Assembly: GCA_030704615.1 (NCBI GenBank) | Contig: CM060732.1 | Location: 55,924,001 to 55,988,000 of the forward strand | Direction: 5' to 3' | Length of the DNA stretch: 64,000 nt | Source: Takakia lepidozioides | Lineage: Eukaryota; Plantae; Bryophyta | Shown: positions 48,800 to 64,000 of the stretch, one piece after another | Layout: the number at the start of each line of letters is the position of its first letter | Position numbering within the stretch: position 1 is the first letter of the stretch | Position numbers and translations under genes: made by a program | Notes under the pieces: generated by a model | What the model was told of the DNA's origin: nothing | Databases searched by the model: none | What the model saw: the letters and a program-made list of their open reading frames with translations, nothing else

Positions 48800-51387
48800 C
48801 CCACCCCTCCCCAAACTCCCTAATCTCAAATTCTACGAACAATAGTCTGCTATTTCTCCCCAACTGCGATGTGATGGTGAAAACTCAAGCACCGCTGTGC
48901 ACCTAGTCCTCACACGAACTCCCACACTACTTCCTTGTATTCGACGCTATCACAACTTGTCATCATTGGAAACCTGCAGCTCCCCGCCATATGCCACCAT
49001 ACCTCAAGCCCTCCGACTCCGAGCTCGGGGTAGAGACAATTACGAAACCCTGAAATCCAGAAACACCAAGCTCCCCTCCTATCGTCCTCGTAATCCCTAG
49101 CACGCATTTCCAGTTTCTTCAATCCCTCGGTTACACAAATTCTTCACTCCGAAGCCAGCAATTGACCATCGCGTAGCCTCCAGAACTCTCCAAGCCTAGG
49201 AATCCTCGTTCTCAATCCCAAACTGCTGTCTTGCAAACCTCGAGGCCACGTTCTTTGCAGAAAACAATCCTCCGTGACTTGTCTGCAGCCCCATAAGACC
49301 AATCGTTGCGCCCATCTCGCTGCTTCCTAGAACTCCCCGCCTCCAATGTTGACGCTGCCACCTCTGCCTCACAACTGAGCTTCCCGTGCCAGCAGCGAAC
49401 AAGGAAGCAACGCTGGCGGAGTACCACCTCTTGTAATGAAAACGAACCACCTCTACAGTTGCCCAGAACTTGCTGGCCATCCTTTTCCCCTTCCCACTAA
49501 ACCATGGTTTAAATCACCCGACGGCCGAGTCTCGTTAAGACAAGAATCGCCCCGATTTGATCGTGGCCTCTCGTATTACATCAATAATACGCGCCAGACT
49601 GGCCCAGCAGCAGCCCTTTCTAATATATATACATTTGGAGAAGACGTGCATGGGCAAACGTTATGGGACTAAAAATTTTAATGGAGCATTATTTCGGCCC
49701 CCCCCTCCTCGCCTCCTCGCTCTCGCTCGCCAGTGGATGTTAAAATAATACCCGACAGGCTCGCCGGAAGCAAAGGCCAGTTGGATGATGGTCTGAACTC
49801 GCGGCACAGCTAATGATGGGGTATCAGCTGGGCTGTCATTATGGACTGCGCTACTTACTAGGGCACCCCTGCCATAATTTGGGACCCTTTTGTGAGTCAC
49901 ATAAAAAACAAATGTGTGGCGGGTATTTATCCCATAATGTTTGCCCCAAACACCACACTGGGAAGGCATATATACGCCACCTCATGTGATGCATATCCTC
50001 GCGTGGGATGCGGCTGATCGTTAAGTAAGATTTGGATGGATGAAAGTTGCCTTGTCCAATGTAGAAGCTTCTTTGGACTCTTGCATTGCAAGGCTGATTG
50101 CTGTCCATGCAATGGTGTAGCGACATGTGGCGTGGCCCAACATCATATGCTTCATGTGCTTGGTCTTTGTGGGGGCCAACTTGTCTTTGGCATATATGGG
50201 GTACATGGGGTGAGAGGCTACCCCAGAGAAGTTCATGTACACAAAAAGGTGGTCAAGGGAAACATGCAAAGTGGGAAGCATTGATGAGGTGAGAGTTATG
50301 AGGGGACATCATCAGTGTCGCCCTATTATGATAATGCGAATGGGACACATACACACAAAGGTGGCAGGTCAAATCAGCTGAGGTTTTGTTATGTAATTTG
50401 TGGGTATCGTAAACGACGTTGTCATTTACGATACTCACAAATTGTATTCGGCGAAAACAGCCAAGTTTTGGTGCAAGTGATGAGCACACAAAGAGGCATC
50501 AAGGGGCCCGGCCATCCAAGGCCCAAAAGGAGTGCCCAAATACAAAGATGGCATCAAAGATAGAAAAATCAAGTGGGCCCCAAGAGTACTTAGTTGCAGT
50601 GTGTTGTTCGCTTGTGGAAGGGGATGTCCCCAAGACAGGGGTGCGTGCCGTCAAAGATGCGTCACGATTTGTGGTGTCATCCTCACCATCACCACATTTG
50701 TGAAGAACTAGTCTTTTATGATCATCAGGGCCTCCATGTTTTTGGTTGTTTGTTTACTCCACACAGGTGACGGGACCATGGTAGTGGTGTTGGATGCACG
50801 GTAGCATTATCGATGGCGGCGCCAACATTGTTGAAAAAATAAAGGAAGGAATCGTGCACACATCCTCTTCAAACCATGTAACAGAAACCCTGCTTTTTCC
50901 TGTTGACCATTAAAGGTGTCTGCACTGCAGATTACAAAAGCTGCAGTGCAAGAGCAGGACATGGCATGACATGACATGACATTCTTCAAGTGCGAGAGGC
51001 AGCACTGACATTACTCTTTCCCTGCATTCAAAACTCTATGAATTGCATTGAGACTCGAGAGTGATAACTTTCCAATTGAGAGAGAGAGAGAGAGCGAGAG
51101 AGGGAGAGAGGGCATCATCTCTCAACTGAAACCCATGTTTGCCTTGAAAACATTACTTCATGGATGAATGGATCGAGCGGCGGGTTCTTCATGGGGCTAA
51201 TGCACCTTGGTTGACCCATCTATAACACTCGCAGACAAAAAGGATTCCTTGTGAAAACAATAGAAAAGACAAGTCTTCCAGTTTTTCATTTCTTAATGGA
51301 AGACGGTTATTTTCTCCTCTCACTATTAAGGGGTGGTGAGCTGTCGCTCCCAGGTGTTTCCCTTTTCAAAAAAAAAAAAAAAAAGGA

Positions 51388-53360
51388 CGTACTGACCTAC
51401 TAGCTTATTAGGCACTTCCGTGCCTAATAATTAATAAAAATGGAATATTATTAGGCAGATTCGTTTTTATTATTTAGGCACCTCACCTAGGTAATTTCCA
51501 AACATTAGGCGTTTATTACAGTCGACCCTGGATAATAATGAACAATTGTTTTTTACCTCCCTCAAAAACTATTGTCAAGGTAATTTTCTTTTTAAGAAAC
51601 ATAATGGTCTTGAAAATAGATATTATCTCAACAATTATTTTTTACCTCCCTCAAAAACTATTTTTCTCTTTTAAAAAAAACATAATGTTTGATATGTGAT
51701 TGAGAGCATGAGCCAATGTCTTGCAAACATGCATATCGAGGATGATGATGTTAATGACAATATTCTCTCAGATTCAGAAGATTCACATGAGATAGGTGAT
51801 GAGACTTATGTATTAGGGAAGGGTCCTTCCCAAGGCCCTTCCTGAATTTGAGAGCACCAGCAACGAGGGCGGAGCCCGAGTTCCGGGTGCTCGAAAATTC
51901 AGGAAGGGCCATGGGAACTACCCTTCCCCAACGTGAAAAACTGGGAAATTTTTCTTTCCCGCTCCTTGCCCCGCAAATCGGGGGACCCTTCCACACGTGG
52001 AAGGTACTTCCCGCAAATTGGGGGACCCTTCCAAAAGCGGAAGGTACTTCCCCTAAATGGGGGAACCTTGCGGCCAGGGAGGCTCCTTGAATTACAAAGA
52101 AAAACATTTGCCAGTGTTTTATGAAGATGTAGTTGCATCAATGCAGGGCCCTTTGGAAGTTGTGTGGCCATGAAATTATAAATTGCATACATTTTTTTCC
52201 CTTTTTTGGACTTTAAATAATACAATTTAGACTTTTTTTCCAGTGTTGGACTGGTATCATGGTTTCTTGATACCACTAGGGTGAAGGTATTGGGGTACAG
52301 TTGAATTATTGAAACCAGTATGGTACTGGTATCAAATGATGTATAAATTTAATAGCCTGGTATGGTATATGGTAGGGTATCAAAGTGAAAATCTGACTAG
52401 TATGGTATTAAACAAAATTCTAAAAGTCATACCAGCCTCGTATGTGCCAGGGTCTGGTTTTTTTTTAAATTAAAAATTAGAAAAAAAGGATGGAGGCCCT
52501 TTAAATCATATTAAGATTTCAACTATTCACCTCCCTCAAAAACTATTGTTCAGGTAATTTTCTTTAAAAAATGGTTTTGAAAACAGATATTACCTCAACA
52601 ATTATTTTTGACCTCCCTCAAAAACTATTGTTGAGGTAATTTTCTTTAATAAAAAAACATAATGGTTTTGAAAACAGATATTACCTCAACAATTATTCTT
52701 GACCTCCCTCAAAAACTATTGTTGAGGTAATATCTGTTTTCAAAACAAAGCAACGCAAAGCAAAACAAAACAAAACAGCAGCAGATGCACATTTAAGAAG
52801 AGGAAATCTGACTGAAAACCCTACTAAACTTCTAGACATGAAGGCGTAGCCATGCAAAAATGCCTCCCCACAATCTCGTCAAATCTGCGCCTCCATCCTC
52901 ATTGAAGTGCCCTCTTGAAAACGCTCTATGTAGTTAGTATCCCTAATGAAAACTACCCTAAACCTACCCCTACATCCGGTCCCTCAACCGGCGCATGTAG
53001 GGTATTGGAGTGGTAGAGGAAGAAGACCAGACTGGTATGTTTTGCACCAGGGTTTTAGAAGTCCACGTATCCTACCCCACCAGGGTATTGCCGGGTTTTG
53101 CCCTTGTAGGTACCCGCCTGGTATGATCCTTCGTACCATTACCTTTACCCTAGTTGATACCCGCCCAAGAACTATATACCGGTCCAACACTGATTTTTTC
53201 CACATATTTGGACATTTTAGTGGTTTTCACAATTTTCGAGCAATTAAGCATTTCTTAAGAAATTTTTCCACATTTTAGGCACGTTTTTCAAAAAATATTC
53301 TAAATTTAATTAGGCACTTGATTTTTAATTAATTATTGCCTAATAAGCTAGGTGAGTACG
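51388..53360. mobile_element. TIR-bounded MITE complex with nested insertions and ~80-bp tandem repeats
   Basis: CGTACTGACCTACTAGCTTATTAGGCA (51388) pairs with TGCCTAATAAGCTAGGTGAGTACG (53360). Repeats ACCTCCCTCAAAAACTATTGTTGAGGTAAT at 51550-51670 and 52528-52735. Confidence 0.55.
52241..53192. mobile_element. hAT-family MITE (same terminal type as 16960-17653)
   Basis: TIR CAGTGTTGGACTGGTAT / ATACCGGTCCAACACTG; 8-bp flanks TTTTTTTC and ATTTTTTC (one mismatch). Confidence 0.7.
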
Positions 53361-53828
53361 GTACTCTACAGGCCAATTTTGATTATGTCTAGTAAGATGG
53401 CAGCTAGCATGTGACGAAAAATGTGAACTTGGGCCTCTGTTGGTCAACGTCAGAATAGGAATTTTCATCATAACAGCTTGTGGAACTGTTTCTCATGAAA
53501 GGAGGAGGTACGCATGTAGGAGTATTTGGGTTGAGCAGGCACTCATTCATCCATGACCAGGCCAGCTTTCCTGGCTCTCTTGCTAATAACTTCATGGTGC
53601 ATTTTGTGAAGTTCAAACCATGGCCCCCCAAAAAACAAACATGGCAGCTGACCACTCAGCGTCGTCGAAAGCTCCATATCCTGAAGCGACTTGTCCCAAT
53701 GTAGACCGGAGTGTTTCATTAAAAACTCAAGTAGGATTGGGCATAGAGATCTTGCAAAGTAGACTATCATTAGTCTAGCATGTGAAAACCTTATTACAGC
53801 CATCTCTGCTGCTTGCCTTAGCCTTGCA

Positions 53829-57050
<3,222 letters not shown>

Positions 57051-57799
57051 TCAACCAGAGGGGGCCAAGTGCGTTCACTTTCGGAGCAATTGTGCTGCTT
57101 TATCCCGACGATCTCCTGAACTTGGACAGCTCCCTCCCAAGAGCTCCGAAGAAAACTCTACCACATCACAAGTCCAGTCTGTGACGCTGGAGGCCTTTGC
57201 CTGGCTTCGCTATGGCAACAGTGAAGAAGACGAAGGAGTCTTTCAGTCTTTCAGTCTCTTTCTGTCTCTCCATCATGCAAGTTTAGTTGTATGGTTACAG
57301 ATTTAGATCCATCTTCTGGGGTGGGTGCATGTTGATAGTCTATTGTAAGCGGCTTGGATGATCTCAGAATACCATTTCCTCAATTGTGGGTGGCTGGAGT
57401 TCCAAGCCTCCATGTTAAGGGGCAATGAAAGTCTTGAGACCAATGACCAACAGCGAAAAGTGGCACTTCAAAAAAAAAAAAAAAAAGTGGCACTGTGAAG
57501 GCTATTAGCCCTGACATGCAGAGTGAGCCAAATTTGGACTGGTTCCTGGGTTGTGAATTGTGAGCTCAATCCATGTCGAAATTCTAGGGACGACCAAAGG
57601 TCGAGAGTCGAGAGCTACTTTAGCGTAGAGCAGATACGGGGTGCCATAGTGCCACGTCATGGTCAACTCATGCCGCCCTTCAAATTCAGTTTTAGCCAGA
57701 TACTATGCTCGTGCCTCAAACCCTTGTTGATAATTTCACAATTGACAAACAAGAAATCACGGACAAAGAATCCTACCCCTTTTTGGCCGCGCTTGGAGA

Positions 57800-58010
57800 G
57801 GCTGCCTTGAGAGTACACATCTTACCTGCCCATTTATAACCAATGACATCTCCAACCAGTTTATCCGACGTTTCCCATGTTTCTTGCCCAGCACAGATAT
57901 GAATATCATTAGTCCGAAGAACTTGTCCCACTTCAAGTTGTTTCCTTTGGTTGGTCAACCCTGAGAAGTTGAAAGTGGCCAGCCGCAAGCCAGCCCTTTG
58001 CGTGTGAATT
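57800..58010 (-). mobile_element. LINE AP-endonuclease N-terminal fragment
   Basis: LRLATFNFSGLTNQRKQLEVGQVLRTNDIHICAGQETW matches the APE motif (TxNxxGL...DIxxxQETW). Confidence 0.7.
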
Positions 58011-59049
58011 GTTTGTCGTCTAGGTAGCTTGTGATTGCTCCTGGACGGCCAACCGTTCTGCAAAGGGGGGACAGTTACCCCATGTGTAGATTTTGCTCGT
58101 CTCTCCCAAGAGAGAGAGAGAGAGAGAGAGAGAATGTACTCATAAGGCGTTGTGACCCTGGGCCCAGTTTGAGCGGAACACAAAGGGACAGAAACTACCT
58201 TTGTCAGCCCGTAGTATGACCTACCTTGGAGCATGCAATTGATCCGAGTTTTCCAGATATCTTCTAGAAATGCCTTCACACAAACATCAATCTGCTGTGT
58301 GTGATTTGCCCAATAACTAGACCCCAAAAGGACCTGGGCTTTTTGCCACAAGATTTTCAAAGTTGGTAAACAGAGGTACAGCAACAATTCCCTTGATGGA
58401 ATTAAAGAGGTGGTCTCCCTGGAGGTAGGCTACCCACCATGAGTTTGAATTTCAGTCTAGTGCCAAGAGTGGGTAAGGCCTTGAGGTCGTCCATGATGGC
58501 CTCACCCATGTCACAGACGAGAATGGGTTCAGGGAAGTTTTCAGACTCACTTCATTTTCAGAAGACAATTTCCTAGCAATAAACATGCCTTGGGAACTTC
58601 AGCCTCTAAGTCAGATCTATCCAGCAGGGTCATGGCTTTTGAATTCCGATCCTTGACTATCTCTTCTACCCTCTTCCGCCAGGACTCGAGTGTGACAGGG
58701 CGCTACTGCTTCCAAGTATAGAGTTAATTGACTTAGAATATCAGGTATTAGTCGTACGTTGCAGCTGACCCCACCATCTGACCTTGAGTTCATGGGAGCT
58801 TAATGGAGGAATGCCAAACTCACCACGAACAGCGATATTAGCTGTTTTGGAGCATGCTGACATGCACTCCTTGAGCACCCCCACTTGCATGGATTCTAGA
58901 GACTTAGCCTGGTTGACTCACACGGCAGATGCGTAGGCCCAATAACGCGGCAAAGAGTAGCTTCTCTTCAGAGTTAATCCCTCCCTCCGCAGTAGAAAAA
59001 TTTAGTGAGACCCAACGCTTTGCGCTTGCCAAATTGAATTTCATATATG

Positions 59050-59545
59050 CGCTTCCCAATTACAGATGGAGGAAAACGCCAAGGTATGTGTAGAAAGGGA
59101 GGACAGAATCTCTTGACACCCCCTTCCACTTGAGGTCGCCTCCTCCCTCCCCATGGTCGTTAAATGCTACCACGGCATTTATTGACATTAGCCTCTTAAG
59201 CCACCAAAGGTCAAAGTATCTATTCACGCAATCGATCAACTCCTGAAGATGGGATGGGGTCTCCCCTTTGCCTGCGAAATCATCCGCAGGCGTAAAGGCT
59301 GGTATGGTGGTATCACCCTTGACCCAAATCCCTCACTTTCCACATCCTCGAAAAGTTGATTGATGAAGACATTTAAAGAGCATAGGGGAGTGGTACATCC
59401 TTGAGCTACACCTTGGTCTATGTCAAAGAAGTTAGACTTCTGTCCATTAACAGTGACACAGCTTTTGGTGTGGGCATACAAGTTATGGACCACAGTCCAC
59501 ATCTTTCCCTTGATCCCAGATGACCAGAGTCGGGAGCCATAGACC
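59050..59545 (-). mobile_element. LINE reverse-transcriptase fragment
   Basis: RLWSSGIKGKMW..LYAHTKSCVTVNGQKSNFFDIDQGVAQGC..FINQL and a downstream YTYLGV; degenerate. Confidence 0.75.
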
Positions 59546-60133
59546 ATCTCTCTACACTGTGTCGTAAGAGAGAGAGAGAGAGAGAGAGAAATGAAAAGTC
59601 GTTTGCAATAGCCTTATGGGCCAATACAAGTAAGCATATCACTTACTACCATTGCATTTTGACCATGCTGAATACACTCCCCAAACAAGGCCCATTCAAC
59701 CAGAGGATTTGTTATGGAACCCTCCACATCATCACAAGGACGTGCTCGAAATCCAGAAACCAAGATCTGCCTTGGTAAGACGAATTCTGCCCCTCGTCAC
59801 TGAGATGATGCTTACAGGCTGACTCCCACTGTAACAAATCCTTCCACCCTTCCTCTACTTCATTGACGCCAGCTTAAATAAGAGCCTCTCTCATTTGTGG
59901 ATATTGCGGAAAAAATCCATGCATTACATCTGAGGATAAGCTTTCTGCTCTGAAAGTCTGGAATCAACTGAATCTTTCCAAGTCACACCACTAAATCGAG
60001 CCCCCCCTGCTTAACGAGAGTCCATGTTCCTCCCTCCCTTCTGCTCTAGGCATGTACATAAGATGTCCACACTACTTATGAGAACCATTGCTGTATCTCA
60101 CAGCTACTGTGAGATATCATCTTCAGGGTATTT

Positions 60134-61020
60134 TTAAAATATGTTGTGCTTCTTCTCACCACCCTCTTTCTCATCCTCCTTCTTTTCGTGGTGCTCGTGA
60201 ACGCCATATCCGACAGCGGCTGTGCCTGCCAACCCCGCCTCTTCCTCGTGGTGCTTGTGGTGTTTAGCAGCTTCGGCCTGCATTGCCCCAATTCAACAAG
60301 GAATTCAAATCAGCATTTCGAACGCCAGATTTCATTACATAAGACTGACTGTTAAGGGGCAATGCTATAAATGTATTTCAACGAATACTTATATTCATCT
60401 CGAGAGATCGAATATCCTTGCGAAAGTGTTCAGACCAGTCGCTGAGTACATCTCTTTCTGAGGCGACTATCGAAAGATCTGCATTACCCATGACACCGAC
60501 TAGCACTAACACTTCAATTTGATTGTACAACACATGGATAGCTGCAAAAGGAGTGCAGGATGTAGTTCCAACTATGTAACAACACACGATTTTCCTACTC
60601 TGGAAACTGCTAGTCTAAAGCAAAATCGATTCGATTGAACAGCGGAAGTTGAGAAACGTCAAGTTGTCAGTTGGTCACTGCATTTACATAGTCGGGGCGG
60701 GTCGAATTGTGCAGATCCAAGTAAACTTCAACGATTTTGTACTATACTGTACTTCCCATGTACTCAGATCTTCAGCACCGTGAACAACATTAGGAAGAGT
60801 AACTTCACATATAAATAAGGGGACCAACAGCAACTACGGGGAAGTATGAAACACGAGTGAAACACATGATCCTCTCAGCTGGATTTCATCAAGCAAATTA
60901 CAGAGGTCAATGCGAAAGGAGCGAGATATTCACAGTATTCGGCGCCGTTGTTCCAGTTGCAGTCTGAGCCGGGACCTCCTCCTTGTTGCCGAAGAGACGG
61001 TCGCCTAATCCGCTTGCCAT
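60134..61020 (-). CDS. Small ASR (ABA/WDS-induced)-like protein, 2 exons, ~76 aa
   Basis: Exon 61020-60934 (MASGLGDRLFGNKEEVPAQTATGTTAPNT, GT donor) plus exon 60277-60134 after TGCAG: AEAAKHHKHHEEEAGLAGTAAVGYGVHEHHEKKEDEKEGGEKKHNIF*. This matches the ASR signature EE.A...A.G...HEHHEKKE. TATA-like TATTTAA on the minus strand at ~61160. Confidence 0.75.
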
Positions 61021-62013
61021 GTTGACTGAGTTAAAGGAAGACCAAAAGTATGAAAGTGGAACTGTGTGGAAATCGGTGATGTGGCTGGTGCTCGAGTTCA
61101 CGAAAGTATGCAAGTGCTCTCTGGTATTGCTCCGCCTTCAGCGAGGGATGGGGAGGATTAAATAGTTGAGGGGAAGGCGAGAAACAGCTGCACACGCTGG
61201 AGGTGGTCGGTCAGTTGGGTAGATTCCAGGACGGTGGTATCTGCGTCGCTGGAACTGGCAATGAGTGTTACCAATCTGGCCAGATATCTTCAACCCACTG
61301 CCCATCTCCATCGATCAGCCTCTAAGTGCAGGATTGATAGTAAACAAACATCCGACGGCCACCCAGCGAAATTGAGTCTCATGAATTTGACTCGGATCCC
61401 CCTCATCTCAAGAAATCCTAGTTGCTGACTGTATGAAGCGAGTAGGACAGATGTTTCAAAGTCATTTCCGAGCCACATCCTCGATACATTGCATGCTGAT
61501 CCTTTTGCATGCAGGAAGAGCCTCTGCCACATGCCCGCCATAGCTCACTTGGAGCGAATTGTGAAGTACCACCTAATATATTCTAGAAGGTCGTTGCCTT
61601 ATATATATATGAGGGAAACACCTGGGAGCAACAGCTCACAAATCAGGCCCCTTGATAGATGATTCTGGGTCAATTCCTACTACTCGCCGGATGTGGTATA
61701 CCCTCCCCCCCTTCCCTTGGCGTGTCCCATTTCTACGCCTCCATGGTGCGGTTACTGTGAAAGAGGTTATTTTCTCCTCTCACTAACTAATAAATAAGGA
61801 TCCCAAATCCTCCGACGCGTTAATCAAGGTCAGAAAGACGAAGGCGAACGGCCCAGCCAATGTGGGAGGGCGGGCAATAACCCAAAGACATGTTATAAGA
61901 ACCAAACATGAGTTGGGGGGGATTTTGAAGGTTAGAAAATGAGAGACGATTGGAGCAACCAATAGGGATGTAGGAAAAAAGGGTGCAGTAGAGAAGAGCG
62001 GGAAGCCGATGGG

Positions 62014-62270
62014 ATGAAGACGTGTGTCCAGCCACGTCCACGCGCCCATTGTGGGAATGTGCCCAGGAGCCTCTATTGTATCGGTACTACAACTTTAGCT
62101 GAGGCCTACACTAGAACGTTGGGAACGCAGCTGCAGGAAGCTCTAAACGATGTTGGTAAACTGGGGAAGATTTATCAAGGCCTCCTTAAGCATGTCGCCT
62201 TGAAATTTGGTGGCTTAGCAAATTTACCGGCTATCAACCCCATTGCATGCACCTACTCTCTTATCACCAG
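62014..62270 (+). mobile_element. Possible non-LTR retrotransposon C-terminal fragment
   Basis: ORF with LAEAYTRTLGTQLQEALNDVGKLGKIYQGL abuts the truncated Gypsy element; the assignment is weak. Confidence 0.3.
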
Positions 62271-63976
62271 GACCCAAGGCGTCGCACCTGATTTTTCTTT
62301 CGGAGCACCGGGTGTCGTCTTGGCGTGTGAAGGCCCTCCCTTCGATTTCCACGTGCCATTGTCACCGCATGGCCTATCCCACTTCTTTTCCGGTTGAAAG
62401 GAGTCACCTTTCCGCCGGGTCTTCTTGTGGTTCAGCTCTTAGATGGGTTCGCCTCCAACTTCCGCCTGGCCCATGGGGCCAGTCCCGCCACAAAGTTGAA
62501 GATCATTTCTGGTTCTGTCATGTCCGCGACTTCAAGCAACAGCACATCGAAAGCCTGAACATATCCCCGAATGTCATCCGTTTGCTTCAAATTCATCATC
62601 TTGTCCCCGGCAGGCCAGGACGTGTTGAGGGGCACAAATTGTCTCTTTATCAGTTCCTTGAACCCACTCCAGTTCAAGGTTTCCGGGTTTGGACCTCGGT
62701 CGTGAAGGGGTTTTTTTTGCCACCATTGTTGAGCATAGCCCCTCAAATAGGTGGAAGTCACTTCCACCCGATCCTCGTCACTTAACTTGGCCGCCCGAAA
62801 GTACTGCTCTAGCTCCAAGAGCCAGGTGTTGAGTGCCTTCCGATTTCGGACGCCCTCGAAGGTGCCGGGTTCCTTAGGCTTCACCTTAAATTTTGCCTCA
62901 GTGGAAGTGACATTAGCCGCCTTCAACAAGTCTTTCAACGTCCTGCCAAACTGCGCCAACAACCCTTTCCAAAAGGTTGCTGGCATGGGAGACATCTGTT
63001 GGTGTGTCGAAGCTCTCAGGGATTCCTTGGGCTCCGACTCCTCAGATTCCTCCCATTCTTGAGCGGCCTCGTTTTAAAAAACATGCATCGCTTCCTCAAA
63101 TGGCCGCTTTGGTGACACGTCGCCCCCATCGGGCTCACCAGGATCCTCATCTTTCGAGTCGTTCCGCTTTCGCTTTGGCTTGCCCGACCCCATGATGAGG
63201 CCGATCCCAAGGACGATCGCGTACTGAACTCTAAGCTCTGATACCAAGTGTCGGGCACCTCACTTTGGTAAGCTCCCTTTCAAGTCATAGTTACTCGCTT
63301 TGATGCGCGCGCCTAACTCCCAACCTGGCCGCCGGGCCAACTCGGAGCTTTCGGCTGCTCACCGGGACATAACGGTCCCCCTTTACTCTTCCAAAAGACC
63401 CTCCACCAATTTGGGCCTAGTGGAAATTCCCTTTTGGTAGATGGCAGTCCGGAATAGCTCCCCACTCCTTGGTCGTTTTCCGGCTCGCTCGCTTACTCAC
63501 TAGTTTTTGGTCACCAACGGGCTTGCACCGTTCTCGGGGTTACTACTCCCTATATATACTTCTGTGACTGTCCGCGGGGGTTTCACAAACAACCATGCCA
63601 TTTTATGGCGAACCACCACGAAGACCCTCGACTCCCGGTGATGAGTCGCGGTGAGTCTTAGCCCACCCACCACGGCCCCATTGGACCGTGATGAGTCCCA
63701 AGACTCCCCATGATTCCCACCACAAGGTCTCCTCCCCATGGTGAGTCCTATGCCACCCCCACTAAGTCCCGCTAAGCTACCACCACCCCTTGTGGAGCCA
63801 CCCCCATTGCAACCCGGTGTGCGGGGCTCCACCTAGTGAGCGCCTCCGCTTCCTTGAGTGCCTTGGCACTCAAGGGTGCTTCAGGCCCCCCGTACCTATC
63901 GCTGCCACTGCCCCCACCACAGGGGCAGCCCCTCCTGCGTCCCGACCCCCTGCCCTCAAGGCAAAAGGCCGCGACA
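62270..63976 (-). mobile_element. 3'-truncated Ty3/Gypsy element: 5' LTR (63976-63249), tRNA-iMet PBS, gag
   Basis: Minus-strand LTR TGTCGCGG...GCCCGACA with a TATA-like run near 63555; PBS TGGTATCAGAGC (63246-63235); gag ORF 62995-62432 with KPKEPGTFEG, WLLELEQYF, YLRGYAQQWW, LKQTDDIRGYVQAF, FVAGL. Confidence 0.85.
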
Positions 63977-64000
63977 TATAGAGATGTGTAGATTTGGGAT

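Noticed and set aside
49900-50750. Cluster of overlapping short ORFs, possible transposase relic
   Set aside because: No diagnostic motif could be recognised.
51540-52745. CRISPR-like regularly spaced repeats
   Set aside because: Units are contiguous tandem copies without unique spacers, in eukaryotic MITE context, with no cas genes.

Overview
Gene-rich nuclear DNA from a land plant, most likely a non-seed plant such as a bryophyte or lycophyte (inferred from spliceosomal genes, a PLS-DYW PPR editing factor and LEA/ASR-type stress genes; the species cannot be identified from sequence alone). Host genes: GLTP (+), EMC8/9 (-), RNase H2 subunit C (+), PPR-DYW (+), a Tat-signal thylakoid-lumen LEA-like protein (+), an intronless MDIS/At2g40270-like receptor pseudokinase (-), an aldo-keto reductase (-), and a small two-exon ASR (ABA/WDS)-like gene missed by the ORF track (-). 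Transposons are abundant: a 5.1-kb Pack-CACTA carrying PPR and SEC13 fragments, hAT and other MITEs, LINE fragments, a probable SINE and a truncated tRNA-Met-primed Ty3/Gypsy. The most unusual object is an 11-kb degenerate Ty3/Gypsy-type retroelement (31847-42834). (i) It carries a DNMT3-like C5-cytosine methyltransferase between protease and RT, and a PHD finger after the integrase. (ii) It has a Tf1-like self-priming PBS complementary to its own LTR. (iii) It has split terminal repeats (A...B-gc-A-B) that read as a 2-LTR circle reopened at an internal GACA-GC-TGTC palindrome and integrated with TG...CA ends and a 4-bp ATAT duplication. All coordinates and motifs were read by eye; no database searches were run.
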